Source: Candidatus Omnitrophota bacterium (GTDB lineage: Bacteria > Omnitrophota > Gorgyraeia > 2-01-FULL-45-10). Taken from it: a stretch of 64,000 nt of DNA. The translations under genes were made by a program, and so were the position numbers. The stretch is from NCBI GenBank assembly GCA_028699255.1, contig JAQVUX010000001.1:228733-292732 (forward strand), read 5' to 3'. Positions 1 to 9,586 of this stretch are shown here, one piece after another (within the stretch, counting starts at the first letter, position 1; every line of letters begins with the position of its first letter). The notes beneath the pieces were generated by a model, which searched no databases, was not told where the DNA came from, and saw only the letters and a list, made by a program, of their open reading frames with translations.

Positions 1-740
1 GAAATTTTCTTCGTCAATTTCTTATCCAGCTTGTAAAGGTTCCCGTAATCCAGCATGATCTCGGCCTCATATTTGCCGGGAACCGCGCCGCCATTCTTCC
101 AGAACACCCTCTGCTCCAAACCCAGGCCGCTATATATAGGAAAGTCGCGCCCTATCCTTAAATCGCTCTTTGTCCCATCCGCGGAAGTTATAAGGATGTT
201 ACCGGTCGGACGAAGATGCGCGTTCCCTTTATTTACAAGATTAAGTATAAAAATAATTCCCTTATCATTGGTGCTGTCTATATCCAGACCTTTTAATTCG
301 CAATCGATATTGATCTTGTCGGAAACTGCCGCGTATATCGAAACACCATATCGATTCGTGATATTTAATGTTCCCTGCAGGGCGGTAGTGGCAAAATATA
401 CCATCGCCACAACTTCCGCAGACGCATCCCGAGGAACATTTATAGTATAATCGACACTTTTTGTTTCGCCGGGATTCATGTCAAATTCTATCGGCTCCAC
501 CGTAAGCCATGCCTCGACTGGAACCGAAGAAGCCCCTGTTCTCTGCTTTAACCAGTCTTCGGGCTGAACCTTAACATGAACGGCTTCCTGCCCGCTGTTG
601 ACAACCTGCAATATGCCTGTCGCGGCTTCGTCAGCTTTAACCATTACCTCGGTACTATCCGGCTGAACTACGATACCGGCGTAAGCTAAGCTCGCGAAAA
701 ATAAAACTCCTAAAAATATCAGGCACTTCGATAATTTCAT
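1..740 (-). CDS. Partial (3'-truncated at window edge) secreted periplasmic protein, PapD-like pilus-chaperone Ig-fold candidate
   Basis: Minus-strand ORF absent from the ORF track because it runs off the window. ATG at 738-740 is preceded by a GAGGAA ribosome-binding site. N-terminus MKLSKCLIFLGVLFFASLAYA is a signal peptide. IVVQPDSTEVMVKADEAATGILQVVNSGQEAVHVKVQPEDW resembles the PapD N-domain pattern. Family call is from memory only. Confidence 0.4.
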   Translation of the reverse strand, partial: MKLSKCLIFLGVLFFASLAYAGIVVQPDSTEVMVKADEAATGILQVVNSGQEAVHVKVQPEDWLKQRTGASSVPVEAWLTVEPIEFDMNPGETKSVDYTINVPRDASAEVVAMVYFATTALQGTLNITNRYGVSIYAAVSDKINIDCELKGLDIDSTNDKGIIFILNLVNKGNAHLRPTGNILITSADGTKSDLRIGRDFPIYSGLGLEQRVFWKNGGAVPGKYEAEIMLDYGNLYKLDKKLTKKI

Positions 741-828
741 ATTCCTCATCTTTGTGATCGTACCCCGATAGAAATGTATTTTTCTACCGGGGCAAATCAC
801 ATAACTACAATTATACTGCTATGTTTCG

Positions 829-1503
829 TTATTCGTGATACAGGTCAAACCCTACGCTAGTCGCGTAATCGCCTGCTCCACCCGCCCATGTCTTGAACAA
901 TCCGGCTACATAAACCGTGATAGTTCCAGTTACGGGATTACCGGAATAATTAACTGCTGTTGGATCTACGCAGGTGCCGCTTGCAGCGCTACCGTATGCT
1001 ATGTTGCAATAACCGGCCGCGAAAGAACCAGCCCACGACTCGTCATTGGACGCTGTCGCAGTTGCAGTTGTTGAAGGATCATCCTCATCGCGCTTATCCT
1101 TAACATAGTTGTAAGCCGCGATATTGGCGATACTCGGCGCCGCAGTAGCAGGTGCCTGAGCAACCCATTTCAACGGAATGACGTTCAACCCATCGGTTGT
1201 CGCTAAGCCGTTCTTGGCGTACCTTCCATTTGTACTGCCATAATCCGGAACCTGTGTATTGTCCGTGTAGATCGCCAGCTTCCACGGATTGTAGTTACTC
1301 GAATAAGTCACCGTGATAGGACTGCTCGCGAACGAATCTGCGGACGTAGTAGCAAACGTAATCGCCGATGGAGCTACGCTCAATGATGTTGCGGCTGTAA
1401 TTTTTGCGGTTGCTGTAACACTGGCCGTCTGGTCAGCGGCAAATGCATTAGCGGCCGAAAAGATAACGGCAAACGCAAACATCGCTATAATCACTTTCTT
1501 CAT
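829..1503 (-). CDS. Secreted Ala/Thr/Ser-rich protein, possible fimbrial / SCPU-like subunit
   Basis: Strong ribosome-binding site AAGGAGGTGA 5 nt before ATG at 1503. MKKVIIAMFAFAVIFSAANAFA is a signal peptide. Lies upstream of and co-directional with the chaperone-like gene. The longer ORF start at 1575 is less likely. Confidence 0.5.
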   Translation of the reverse strand: MKKVIIAMFAFAVIFSAANAFAADQTASVTATAKITAATSLSVAPSAITFATTSADSFASSPITVTYSSNYNPWKLAIYTDNTQVPDYGSTNGRYAKNGLATTDGLNVIPLKWVAQAPATAAPSIANIAAYNYVKDKRDEDDPSTTATATASNDESWAGSFAAGYCNIAYGSAASGTCVDPTAVNYSGNPVTGTITVYVAGLFKTWAGGAGDYATSVGFDLYHE

Positions 1504-1621
1504 ATTTGTCACCTCCTTCTTATTTGATTTCTGTAAACTTGTACATGACATTCTTAATGCTTTAATAAAGCTCATTCCAATCCTCCTCTCGTTAAATTAA
1601 CTTTTCTATTAGTTATAACTT

Positions 1622-1649
1622 AATATACCATTTCGGGAAGGAAAGTCAA
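1622..1649 (-). promoter_or_regulatory. Putative sigma70 promoter (-35 TTGACT, 16 nt spacer, -10 TATATT) for the secreted-subunit/chaperone pair
   Basis: Minus-sense sequence ttgtctaTTGACTttccttcccgaaatggTATATTaag lies upstream of the 829..1503 gene. Confidence 0.3.
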
Positions 1650-1750
1650 TAGACAAAATCCGGCTTTTTTATATCTTAATATATCAGGTTGCATTTTTAT
1701 CAAAAACATAAATAACTTTTAACTATTTGACAATTAAAATAATCATTTTG

Positions 1751-2278
1751 TCATACTTCAATACCTTTGCGTGCGCCGATTCCTCGACGGTAAGGATGAC
1801 GAACCTCTCTCATATCGGTAATAAGGTCGGCTACGTTTTTAATCGCAACCGGGCAATGCCTTCCGGTCAGTACAAGCTCAACGCCACCGGGCTTATCCAC
1901 GATCAGACGCCTAACTTCATTTGTATCGACCAATCCGAGCTTCATCGCGATATTTATTTCGTCAAGTATGACGATGTCGTACTTTTTTGAATAGATGTCT
2001 TTTTTGGCGGCTTCAAACCCTCGTTCGGCGCAGGCGATATCGCCCCCATGCGGCTTTCCTATTATAAAGGGGCCATTACCGCACTGGCTTATCCGAATAC
2101 CCCCTATTTTCCGAAGCATTTTTATGGCGCCGCAATCGGCATTCTTCGCGAACTGATGTATCGCTACTTTTAAGCCGGATCCGGCCGCCCGTAAAGCAAG
2201 GCCGAGGGAAGCGGTCGTCTTCCCTTTACCATTACCGGTATACACATGAACATAACCCGTCTTCATGCCAGCCCTCAA
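1751..2278 (-). CDS. cobO: Cob(I)yrinic acid a,c-diamide / corrinoid adenosyltransferase (CobO/BtuR family)
   Basis: YVHVYTGNGKGKTTASLGLALRAAG P-loop signature, 175 aa. Typical of the CobA/CobO family. Confidence 0.8.
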   Translation of the reverse strand: MRAGMKTGYVHVYTGNGKGKTTASLGLALRAAGSGLKVAIHQFAKNADCGAIKMLRKIGGIRISQCGNGPFIIGKPHGGDIACAERGFEAAKKDIYSKKYDIVILDEINIAMKLGLVDTNEVRRLIVDKPGGVELVLTGRHCPVAIKNVADLITDMREVRHPYRRGIGARKGIEV

Positions 2279-2877
2279 ACTTTTTTCCGTTCGTGATTCT
2301 TGCGGCCGTTTTTATAAAACTCATGCGCCAGCTTTACAGCCACAGCGATCGTTATAATACCGGCCACTATCAGAAGCGACGGCTTGGTGTATTTCACTAA
2401 AGCTGAGCCAAATATCGACAGCAGAAAAATTCTCGGGACAACTCCAATGAGGGTGCATATAATAAATGTCCAGAACGGTATTTTTGTAATACCCGCCGCG
2501 ATGGAAAACACCTTGAACGGCACTATCGGAAGAACCCGTCCGAGTAATACGCTGTACCCGCCGTATTTCTTTGCGAATGCTTCCGCCTTAGCGATGTGGT
2601 GCGGCTTTATAAGTATAAACCTTCCGTATTTCAATATTACCGGCATCGCCGCGTACCGGCCAAGCGCATAACCCACCATGCTTCCAAGTGTCGCGCCTAC
2701 CGAACCAAATATTAAGATCGACAACACCGGAACCCCGATGGCGCCGGCGCCGACTATTACAACTTCCGAAGGTATCGGCATGATGCTCGATTCGAGGAAC
2801 ATGCCCACGAATACTCCAAGGTCGCCGAATTTGGAGACTATCGCCATCACATTACTTTGCAATACGCTTTCGGTCAT
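2275..2877 (-). CDS. DedA/SNARE-associated (TVP38/TMEM64) family membrane protein
   Basis: Multi-transmembrane protein with the FLESSIMPIPSEVV...GRVLPIVPF DedA signature. Stop/start overlap with cobO. Confidence 0.75.
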   Translation of the reverse strand: MTESVLQSNVMAIVSKFGDLGVFVGMFLESSIMPIPSEVVIVGAGAIGVPVLSILIFGSVGATLGSMVGYALGRYAAMPVILKYGRFILIKPHHIAKAEAFAKKYGGYSVLLGRVLPIVPFKVFSIAAGITKIPFWTFIICTLIGVVPRIFLLSIFGSALVKYTKPSLLIVAGIITIAVAVKLAHEFYKNGRKNHERKKV

Positions 2878-2898
2878 CGGAGTATCCCCTTCTCTATG

Positions 2899-3558
2899 TT
2901 AACGCATTTTTATCATGAATGCTATAAAACGCAGGGTGTCGATTATCGGGTTTATCTTGCTCTTCTCATCTCCGTAAATTGCCTTAATAGGAACGGATGT
3001 TATCTTAAAACCCAGCCGGCTGGCTTTTATTACAAACTCCGATTCGATTTCAAAATTCGAAGAATCTGTCTTGACCTCCTCAAGCACGCGTCTCTTTATC
3101 ATTTTATAGCCACATTGGGTGTCGGATATTTTCTGGCCGCACATCCGCGATATAAGCCACGACATAAATCTATTCGTCAGCCGCCTGACGTAAGGCATCG
3201 GCCCGGGATCGGACATCCTGTTTCCTATCACTATGTCGGCACCGGAAGAGGCCATTTCTCTGACAAAATCAGGTATACTGCGCGCCTCATGCTGTCCATC
3301 GGCATCCATGATAATGACTGCGTCACACTTATCGCTTAACGCGCGGCGGAACCCTTCCCTTAAAGACGCGCCCTTCCCCATATTCTGCGGATTACGTATC
3401 ACGACGGCACCCGCGTTTTTAGCCACAACCGCTGTATCATCCAGTGAGCCATCATCCACCACATAAACCCGTAACTCCTGCGACAAGACCTCAGCTATAA
3501 CAGCGCCAACCGTCTTCGCTTCGTTATATGCCGGTATAAGAACACATACGCTATTCAT
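2899..3558 (-). CDS. Family 2 glycosyltransferase (polyprenol-phosphate / dolichol-P glycosyltransferase-like)
   Basis: Motifs VLIPAYNEAKTV, VVDDGSLDDT and IIMDADGQH (DXD), 219 aa. Confidence 0.8.
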   Translation of the reverse strand: MNSVCVLIPAYNEAKTVGAVIAEVLSQELRVYVVDDGSLDDTAVVAKNAGAVVIRNPQNMGKGASLREGFRRALSDKCDAVIIMDADGQHEARSIPDFVREMASSGADIVIGNRMSDPGPMPYVRRLTNRFMSWLISRMCGQKISDTQCGYKMIKRRVLEEVKTDSSNFEIESEFVIKASRLGFKITSVPIKAIYGDEKSKINPIIDTLRFIAFMIKMR

Positions 3559-4417
3559 CTTTGCTCCACATATCCTTAAAGATATACCATTGGGTCGGAT
3601 ATAGCCTTACATACGATTCGATTATCGATGCGCACTTTTTGCCCAGCTCCAGAACCGCGTCTTCTTCCGATTTATTTTGATCCGTAAGCATGGGCGTTTC
3701 AAAAACTACCCGAAAACTGTCGTCCGGTTCACGCGTTATAAAAGTCGGGACTACGGCTGAGCCGAGGCGATAGCTAAAAACCGATGGGCCTTTAGGGAAG
3801 AGCGTTTTTTTTCCAAAAAAATCCAGCATCAGGCCATTCTTCGTAAAATCCCTGTCGCCCAGAAGCCCCAGGACATTATTCGACCTCAATACCTTGTAAC
3901 ACGATTTAAGCCCCATACCTATCTCGATCGGGGTAAGGCTTCCGGCTAAACGCTGTCTTTTAAAAAAATCGTCTATTTTTTTATTTGGGTGCGTCAAGGC
4001 AACAGCGCTTACGGGATACCCGGACATGGATATTACAAATCCTCCGAGCTCCCAATTACCTATGTGAGCCGAGAGAAGGATGACTCCTTTGCCGCGCTTG
4101 AGAGCGTTATCCAGATTATGTATGCCTTCGAATTTCGCAAATCTCTTTACATATTCCGCGTCTATTTTTGACGAGCGGAAAAAATCTACCAGGTACTTCG
4201 CGAAATTCAGATACAACTCCCGTGCCATGCGTTTCAATTTTTCAGGATCGGTTATTCCGCCCGATATGATCTCCATATTCCTTATAATCGACATCCTGTC
4301 GCGACGGCTGGCAAGATAGTAAATATACGCCAAAAAAGATGCCAGGCCGTATGATGCCTTAAGAGGTAAAACATTCACCAAAAAATGCGCTATCCTGTAA
4401 AGAATATATAAAGCCAC
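3551..4417 (-). CDS. Lysophospholipid / lipid A biosynthesis acyltransferase (LpxL/HtrB-like)
   Basis: HX4D-type motif AHIGNWELGG, 288 aa. Overlaps the GT2 gene. Confidence 0.7.
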   Translation of the reverse strand: MALYILYRIAHFLVNVLPLKASYGLASFLAYIYYLASRRDRMSIIRNMEIISGGITDPEKLKRMARELYLNFAKYLVDFFRSSKIDAEYVKRFAKFEGIHNLDNALKRGKGVILLSAHIGNWELGGFVISMSGYPVSAVALTHPNKKIDDFFKRQRLAGSLTPIEIGMGLKSCYKVLRSNNVLGLLGDRDFTKNGLMLDFFGKKTLFPKGPSVFSYRLGSAVVPTFITREPDDSFRVVFETPMLTDQNKSEEDAVLELGKKCASIIESYVRLYPTQWYIFKDMWSKDE

Positions 4418-4418
4418 G

Positions 4419-5525
4419 CTATGCTATCTCCAGAATAAGTTTCGCTATGCGTATAGCGCTGTCCGGCTTGGCGAGAGCACGCGCTCTGTCGCTCATGGCC
4501 TTCAATTTATTTTTGCTCTCAAGCAGTTCGTCCAAAAGTATAGCCACATCTTCCGGGCTCTCGGCTTTCACAGCAACCTCTTCTTTTAATAAAATCTTGG
4601 TATTCATCGCTTCCTGGCCCGGAAGAGGACTGATAATAAGCATGGGCAACCCCTTAGCCAGCGCCTCGGCCGTCGTTATACCGCCCGGCTTCGTTAGTAT
4701 TACGTCCGACGCTTCCATCAACTCGTCTATATTATCGGCGTAAGGATGGACCGTAACTTTGTTTTGAAATTTCCGGTTTTTTAGCGAGTTATACAGCTTT
4801 TTATTGGTGCCGCACGCTATCACCAACTGCAATCTCCTTTTAGATCGGTCGATTATCCGCACCAACTCTTTTATAGGCCCGAGACCCTGCGTGCCGCCCA
4901 TAATCAAAAGACAAGGGGTGTCCTTGTCCATTCCCAACTTTTCCCGCAACACGGCCTTATCGAACGATTTTCTGAACTTGGCCTCAATAGGGATACCGTA
5001 ATCCTTTATCCTGGCCGGGTCTATCCCGTTTGCTATCAGCTTATTCCCTGTCTCCTTCGAAGGTACAATGTATTGATCGACGTTATTATATACCCAGTAT
5101 GAGTGCGGCGCATAATCCGTAAGCACCGCGATAAGAGGCGTATCGAGGGCAAACGACTTCTTGTAATCCGCGATCATGCCGCAAGGGAATGCCTGGGTGC
5201 AAACGATAGCGTCCGGTTTGAAATCGTCGAGGAGGACTTTCAACTTGCCTGTATTGAATCTGTGGATCATATCTCTTAAGGACTGCGTCTTTTTAAGAAC
5301 TTTCGGATTATCATAAAGATAATCCCATATCTCGGGCGTCCTCTTTACGACACCCATATACGCCTTATTTATAATCTTTTCGAGTATAGGGTTGGTGTAA
5401 TTAAACGAATTTATGTTGAGCGTTTGAGTGGAAGGATCCAGTTCGCACAGGGCTTTCTCTATGGCAATGCTGGCGCAATGATGGCCTGAATGTTCCGAAA
5501 TGAATAGGAGGAGAACTCTCTTCAT
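4419..5525 (-). CDS. GT28-family diacylglycerol glycosyltransferase (MGDG synthase / UgtP-like)
   Basis: N-terminus KRVLLLFISEHSGHHCASIAIEKAL resembles UgtP/MGDG synthase. C-terminal GGTQG...GGITTAEALAKGLPMLI is a MurG-like nucleotide-sugar fold. Confidence 0.7.
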   Translation of the reverse strand: MKRVLLLFISEHSGHHCASIAIEKALCELDPSTQTLNINSFNYTNPILEKIINKAYMGVVKRTPEIWDYLYDNPKVLKKTQSLRDMIHRFNTGKLKVLLDDFKPDAIVCTQAFPCGMIADYKKSFALDTPLIAVLTDYAPHSYWVYNNVDQYIVPSKETGNKLIANGIDPARIKDYGIPIEAKFRKSFDKAVLREKLGMDKDTPCLLIMGGTQGLGPIKELVRIIDRSKRRLQLVIACGTNKKLYNSLKNRKFQNKVTVHPYADNIDELMEASDVILTKPGGITTAEALAKGLPMLIISPLPGQEAMNTKILLKEEVAVKAESPEDVAILLDELLESKNKLKAMSDRARALAKPDSAIRIAKLILEIA

Positions 5526-5527
5526 GG

Positions 5528-5758
5528 CTATGAGATCCTCGCCAAAAGCTGGCCCACTTTTACTTCATCACCTTCATTAACAAGTATCTCGTTTATTGTC
5601 CCGGAAACCGGAGACGGCAGATTGAAGCTCGCCTTATCGGTAACAAGCTCCACCAGGTCTTCCCCTTCCTTAATCGCATCGCCTACCGAACGGTGCCAGT
5701 AAGAAACGCTCGCTTTATCCACACCTTCCGCTATAGACGGCAAATTCACATCGGTCAT
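5528..5758 (-). CDS. Standalone lipoyl/biotinyl-attachment domain protein (76 aa)
   Basis: EGEDLVELVTDKASFNLPSPVSGTI has the canonical lipoyl domain with the TDKA lysine. Immediately upstream of lipA. Confidence 0.7.
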   Translation of the reverse strand: MTDVNLPSIAEGVDKASVSYWHRSVGDAIKEGEDLVELVTDKASFNLPSPVSGTINEILVNEGDEVKVGQLLARIS

Positions 5759-5772
5759 GGTGATACCTCCGG

Positions 5773-6639
5773 TTAGTTACCTTTTACAGCCAGATACCCT
5801 TCTTCGGCCATATACGAACTTCTGACAAACGGGCCAGACGCTACATATTTAAATCCAAGACCGTAAGCCATCTTTTTGTATTCCTGAAACTCCTCCGGTG
5901 TTATGTATTTCGCGACCGGTAGATTCGCCTTGCGCGGCCTTAGGTACTGCCCAAGCGTAAGAATATCACAACCGGCGCCCCTCAGGTCTTTCATCGTTTT
6001 CAAAAGCTCGTCCGGCTCTTCGCCTAAGCCGACCATTATGGATGATTTCGTGTACTGCAAACCCGCGTCTTTCGCGTAACGCAATATCTCCAGCGAGCGA
6101 CTGTAGCCGGCCATCGGCCTGGCCGTCCCGTATAAATTTTCAACCGTTTCAATATTATGACTGAAGACGTCCGGCCAGGCATCCGCCACTATTTTTACGG
6201 AAGTTTTTTCGCCTTTAAAATCCGGCACCAGAACTTCAACCTTCACGTCCGGCGTGTTACAACGTATCGCATTTATGGTATCCGCGAATTGTCCCGCTCC
6301 GCCGTCGGTAAGATCATCCCTGGTAACGGAAGTAAGCACTACGAAACGCAGATTCAACCTACGGGTCGCATCGGCTATTTCTTCAGGCTCATCCGATCGA
6401 GGAATATCGGGAACGCCTTTTTCCACCGAGCAAAACCCGCAATTTCTCGTGCAAACACGGCCGAGCAAAAGAAATGTCGCCTGAGAACGCGAAAAACATT
6501 CATTGCGATTTGGACATAATCCGGATTCGCATACCGTAGCAATCCGTTCTTCGGATAATATCTTTATGGTGTCAGCCAATCGGTTGTTTACAACGAGCTT
6601 TTTCGTAAGCCATGGTGGCCGCGCCGTAGTTACGTTCAT
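5773..6639 (-). CDS. lipA: Lipoyl synthase
   Basis: Radical-SAM CTRNCGFC plus auxiliary cluster CPNRNEC motifs, 288 aa. Confidence 0.9.
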   Translation of the reverse strand: MNVTTARPPWLTKKLVVNNRLADTIKILSEERIATVCESGLCPNRNECFSRSQATFLLLGRVCTRNCGFCSVEKGVPDIPRSDEPEEIADATRRLNLRFVVLTSVTRDDLTDGGAGQFADTINAIRCNTPDVKVEVLVPDFKGEKTSVKIVADAWPDVFSHNIETVENLYGTARPMAGYSRSLEILRYAKDAGLQYTKSSIMVGLGEEPDELLKTMKDLRGAGCDILTLGQYLRPRKANLPVAKYITPEEFQEYKKMAYGLGFKYVASGPFVRSSYMAEEGYLAVKGN

Positions 6640-7283
6640 TATTGCGCGATCCTGACGCGATGCCCGGTAATCTCATCCTTAAAATGCTTTTGCATCCGAC
6701 GCTTTGCCTCAATCATATCGATCCTATGGCCCGCGATCCGCTCAAGCGAGGTAACTTCCAGCCCTGACATACCGCATGGATTTATCATCTTAAAACGGCT
6801 CAGGTCGCAATTTAAATTAATACTCATCCCGTGGAAAGTGACCCATCCTGCCGCGCCGATTCCGATCGATGCTATCTTTGCGCCCTTGACCCACACGCCC
6901 GTTTTACCGGCCACTCTTCCGCCGTAAACATCGTAATCATCCAAAAAATCTATCGCAATGCTCTCAAGACAGCGCATGTATTCATGCAAATCCAAACCAA
7001 GTTTCTTCAGATCGATGATAGGGTATATTATGAGCTGGCCGGGGCCATGATACGTAACATCCCCACCCCGATCCACCCTAATGACTTTTACGCCTATGGC
7101 CGAAAGCTCATCGGCCGCAACAAGCACATTTTCCTTATTTCCGGTACGCCCTATCGTAAAAACTTCACTATGTTCGGCGAGTATGATACTGTCATCGATC
7201 TGGCCGGAACGTCGCCGGGCAACCAGATCTTTCTGAAGTTTATAACATTCCTCATAATCTATAAGGCCGAGGTCAAATATCAT
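6639..7283 (-). CDS. lipB: Lipoyl(octanoyl) transferase
   Basis: RGGDVTYHGPGQLIIYPI motif, 214 aa. Overlaps lipA by 1 nt. Confidence 0.85.
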   Translation of the reverse strand: MIFDLGLIDYEECYKLQKDLVARRRSGQIDDSIILAEHSEVFTIGRTGNKENVLVAADELSAIGVKVIRVDRGGDVTYHGPGQLIIYPIIDLKKLGLDLHEYMRCLESIAIDFLDDYDVYGGRVAGKTGVWVKGAKIASIGIGAAGWVTFHGMSINLNCDLSRFKMINPCGMSGLEVTSLERIAGHRIDMIEAKRRMQKHFKDEITGHRVRIAQ

Positions 7284-7292
7284 GATACCTTA

Positions 7293-8660
7293 TCACACAC
7301 CATGAATAGGTGTGCCGCAAAATACGTGCGCGGTTTCCTGCCATATCTCGGAAAGTGTCGGATGGCAATGAACGACACGGCCCCACTCCTCGATGTCAAC
7401 GCCCGCCGTCTTAGCAAGGGCCGCCTCCGCGATGAGATCGCAGGCGCCTTCTCCAAATATTTCCACGCCCATTATATTCCCCTTATCGTCACCTATAACT
7501 TTTGCGTACCCATCGGTCTTACCCATAAGATATGCCTTACCACTGCCCAGATACGGAAACTTCGCGACCCTGGCGGCAGGACATTTTGCTTTAGCCTCCT
7601 CCTCGCACATACCTACGCTCGCGATCTGAGGTTCCGTCCAGATACAATTCGGCACATTCGAATAGTCTTTCTTCCGCGCGCATCCTAAAATATTATCAAC
7701 CGCGATTATGGCGTCATACGATGCCCTATGCGCCAAGAGAGGCCCGCGGGTACAATCGCCTATCGCGTATATATTTTTCATTCCGGTGCGAAGATGCTCA
7801 TCGACAACGATATAGCCTTTTTCAGTTTTTATGCCAAGCCCATTTAAATCTCCAAGGCCGTCCGTCACAGGTTTACGTCCGACCGATACGAGCGCCTTAT
7901 CAGCCTCTATCATCCTGGCGCCTGAAACAGATATTTTCAAACTGCCGTCTTTAGCGATAGATTCCGCGGCCGCGGAAGTAAGGACATCTATCCCGCGCCT
8001 TTTGAAGCTAATTTCGAGTTTCCTGGATGCTTCACGCGACTGAGTCGGGATAAGTCTTTCGGTAAATTCTATAACCGTAACCTTTGAGCCGAGCGTATTA
8101 AAAAGACTCGCGAATTCGCAACCTATCACCCCGCCGCCGACCACCGCAAGCCGCGCAGGGATCGAGCTCAAGCTAAGGATCCCGTCGCTAGTAAGTATAT
8201 CGGCCTCATCGGTTTTTATATCAGGTAATTCCGCCGGGCTTGAGCCGGACGCGATTATTATATTTTTCGCGAAAAGCTCTTCGCCGCCTTGAATTTTTAT
8301 ATTATTGGGTTTCGCTATGCACGCGGAACCATGGATGAGGTCTATTTTATTAGCCCGCAAAAGCGTCTCGACTCCGGCACGGAGACGAAGAATGGCCTCA
8401 TTTTTTCTTAAGGACATTTTTTTAAAATCGACTTTGTAACCGGCGATCTCGATGCCGCGCCCGGCGGCCTCTTTTATACAGGACAGATACGATGCCGAAC
8501 TGATGAAGGATTTTGTCGGTACACACCCACGGTTGAGACATACACCGCCAACGAGATCCTTCTCTATAAGGCAAGTCTTTAGTTTACGGCGGGAAGCATA
8601 TAGGGCGGCTATGTAACCACCCGGGCCTGAACCTATTATGGCGAGGTCATATTTGATCAT
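7293..8660 (-). CDS. lpdA: Dihydrolipoyl dehydrogenase
   Basis: DLAIIGSGPGGYIAALY FAD site and redox-active GGVCLNRGCVPTK motif, 455 aa. Confidence 0.9.
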   Translation of the reverse strand: MIKYDLAIIGSGPGGYIAALYASRRKLKTCLIEKDLVGGVCLNRGCVPTKSFISSASYLSCIKEAAGRGIEIAGYKVDFKKMSLRKNEAILRLRAGVETLLRANKIDLIHGSACIAKPNNIKIQGGEELFAKNIIIASGSSPAELPDIKTDEADILTSDGILSLSSIPARLAVVGGGVIGCEFASLFNTLGSKVTVIEFTERLIPTQSREASRKLEISFKRRGIDVLTSAAAESIAKDGSLKISVSGARMIEADKALVSVGRKPVTDGLGDLNGLGIKTEKGYIVVDEHLRTGMKNIYAIGDCTRGPLLAHRASYDAIIAVDNILGCARKKDYSNVPNCIWTEPQIASVGMCEEEAKAKCPAARVAKFPYLGSGKAYLMGKTDGYAKVIGDDKGNIMGVEIFGEGACDLIAEAALAKTAGVDIEEWGRVVHCHPTLSEIWQETAHVFCGTPIHGV

Positions 8661-9586
8661 AAAATGCTTATCGACCCCCTCGCTGTCTCCGCAGAAGCGT
8701 TAAAAGCATCGCGCTCTTCTTTGGACATTTTTAACTCGACTATCTCTTTTATGCCGCTCTTCCCCATTTTACATGGAACGCCGATGGCAATACCTTTCAG
8801 CCCGTATTCACCTTCAAGAAATGCCGAAACGACGACCGTCTGTCCGGAATCGGATAGTATCGCCTTTATCATTTTGAAAACGCCGGCGCTGGGCGAATAG
8901 TAGGCACTACCGGATCCTAAAAGTCCGACTATCTCACCGCCGCGCTTCCGGGTGCGCGCAATTATCGCGTCCAATTTCTCTCTCGACAATAGGTCGGAGA
9001 CAGGCTTTCCTCCGACGAAAGTCTCCGACAATACGGGAACCATGGTGTCACCATGACTGCCCATCATGCAGGCGCTGATCGAAGATCGCGACACTTTAAG
9101 CTCGTCTGCCAAAAGATACGCGAATCTCGCGCCGTCGAGTTCACCCGCCATGCCCATCACACGTTCTCGCCTGAATCCTGTGGTTTTGTAAGCAAGGTAG
9201 GTCATAGCGTCGAGAGGATTCGCGACTATAACGACTATAGCTTCCGGTGAATATTTTCTGACGTTTTCCGAAACATTTCTGACTATAACGGAATTCTTAG
9301 CAATCAAGTCCTCGCGGCTCATCCCCGGTTTTCGAGGCAGGCCTGCCGTTATAACTACAATAGCGGATCCCGCAATCTGATTGTAATCATCTGTCCCTAC
9401 GATAGAGCACTCGTGGCCTACGATAGGCGAAGCATCGAGCATGTCAAATGCCTTGCCAATCGCCAGATTCTTCGCGATGTCCAGCAAAACAATATCGGCC
9501 AGGCCGGATTCAAGGACACGCTGAGCGAGTGTAGCGCCGACAGAGCCGGCGCCTATTATGGATACTTTCGGAAAGGACTGTTTCAT
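8657..9586 (-). CDS. mdh: Malate dehydrogenase (LDH-like MDH)
   Basis: IIGAGSVGATLA Rossmann motif. GLPRKPGMSREDL has the Arg typical of MDH rather than the Gln of LDH. Confidence 0.85.
   Translation of the reverse strand: MKQSFPKVSIIGAGSVGATLAQRVLESGLADIVLLDIAKNLAIGKAFDMLDASPIVGHECSIVGTDDYNQIAGSAIVVITAGLPRKPGMSREDLIAKNSVIVRNVSENVRKYSPEAIVVIVANPLDAMTYLAYKTTGFRRERVMGMAGELDGARFAYLLADELKVSRSSISACMMGSHGDTMVPVLSETFVGGKPVSDLLSREKLDAIIARTRKRGGEIVGLLGSGSAYYSPSAGVFKMIKAILSDSGQTVVVSAFLEGEYGLKGIAIGVPCKMGKSGIKEIVELKMSKEERDAFNASAETARGSISIL

Noticed and set aside
1727-1990. Plus-strand 87-aa ORF preceded by TTGACA
   Set aside because: It overlaps cobO on the opposite strand, has no ribosome-binding site or homology, and the -10 element is poor.
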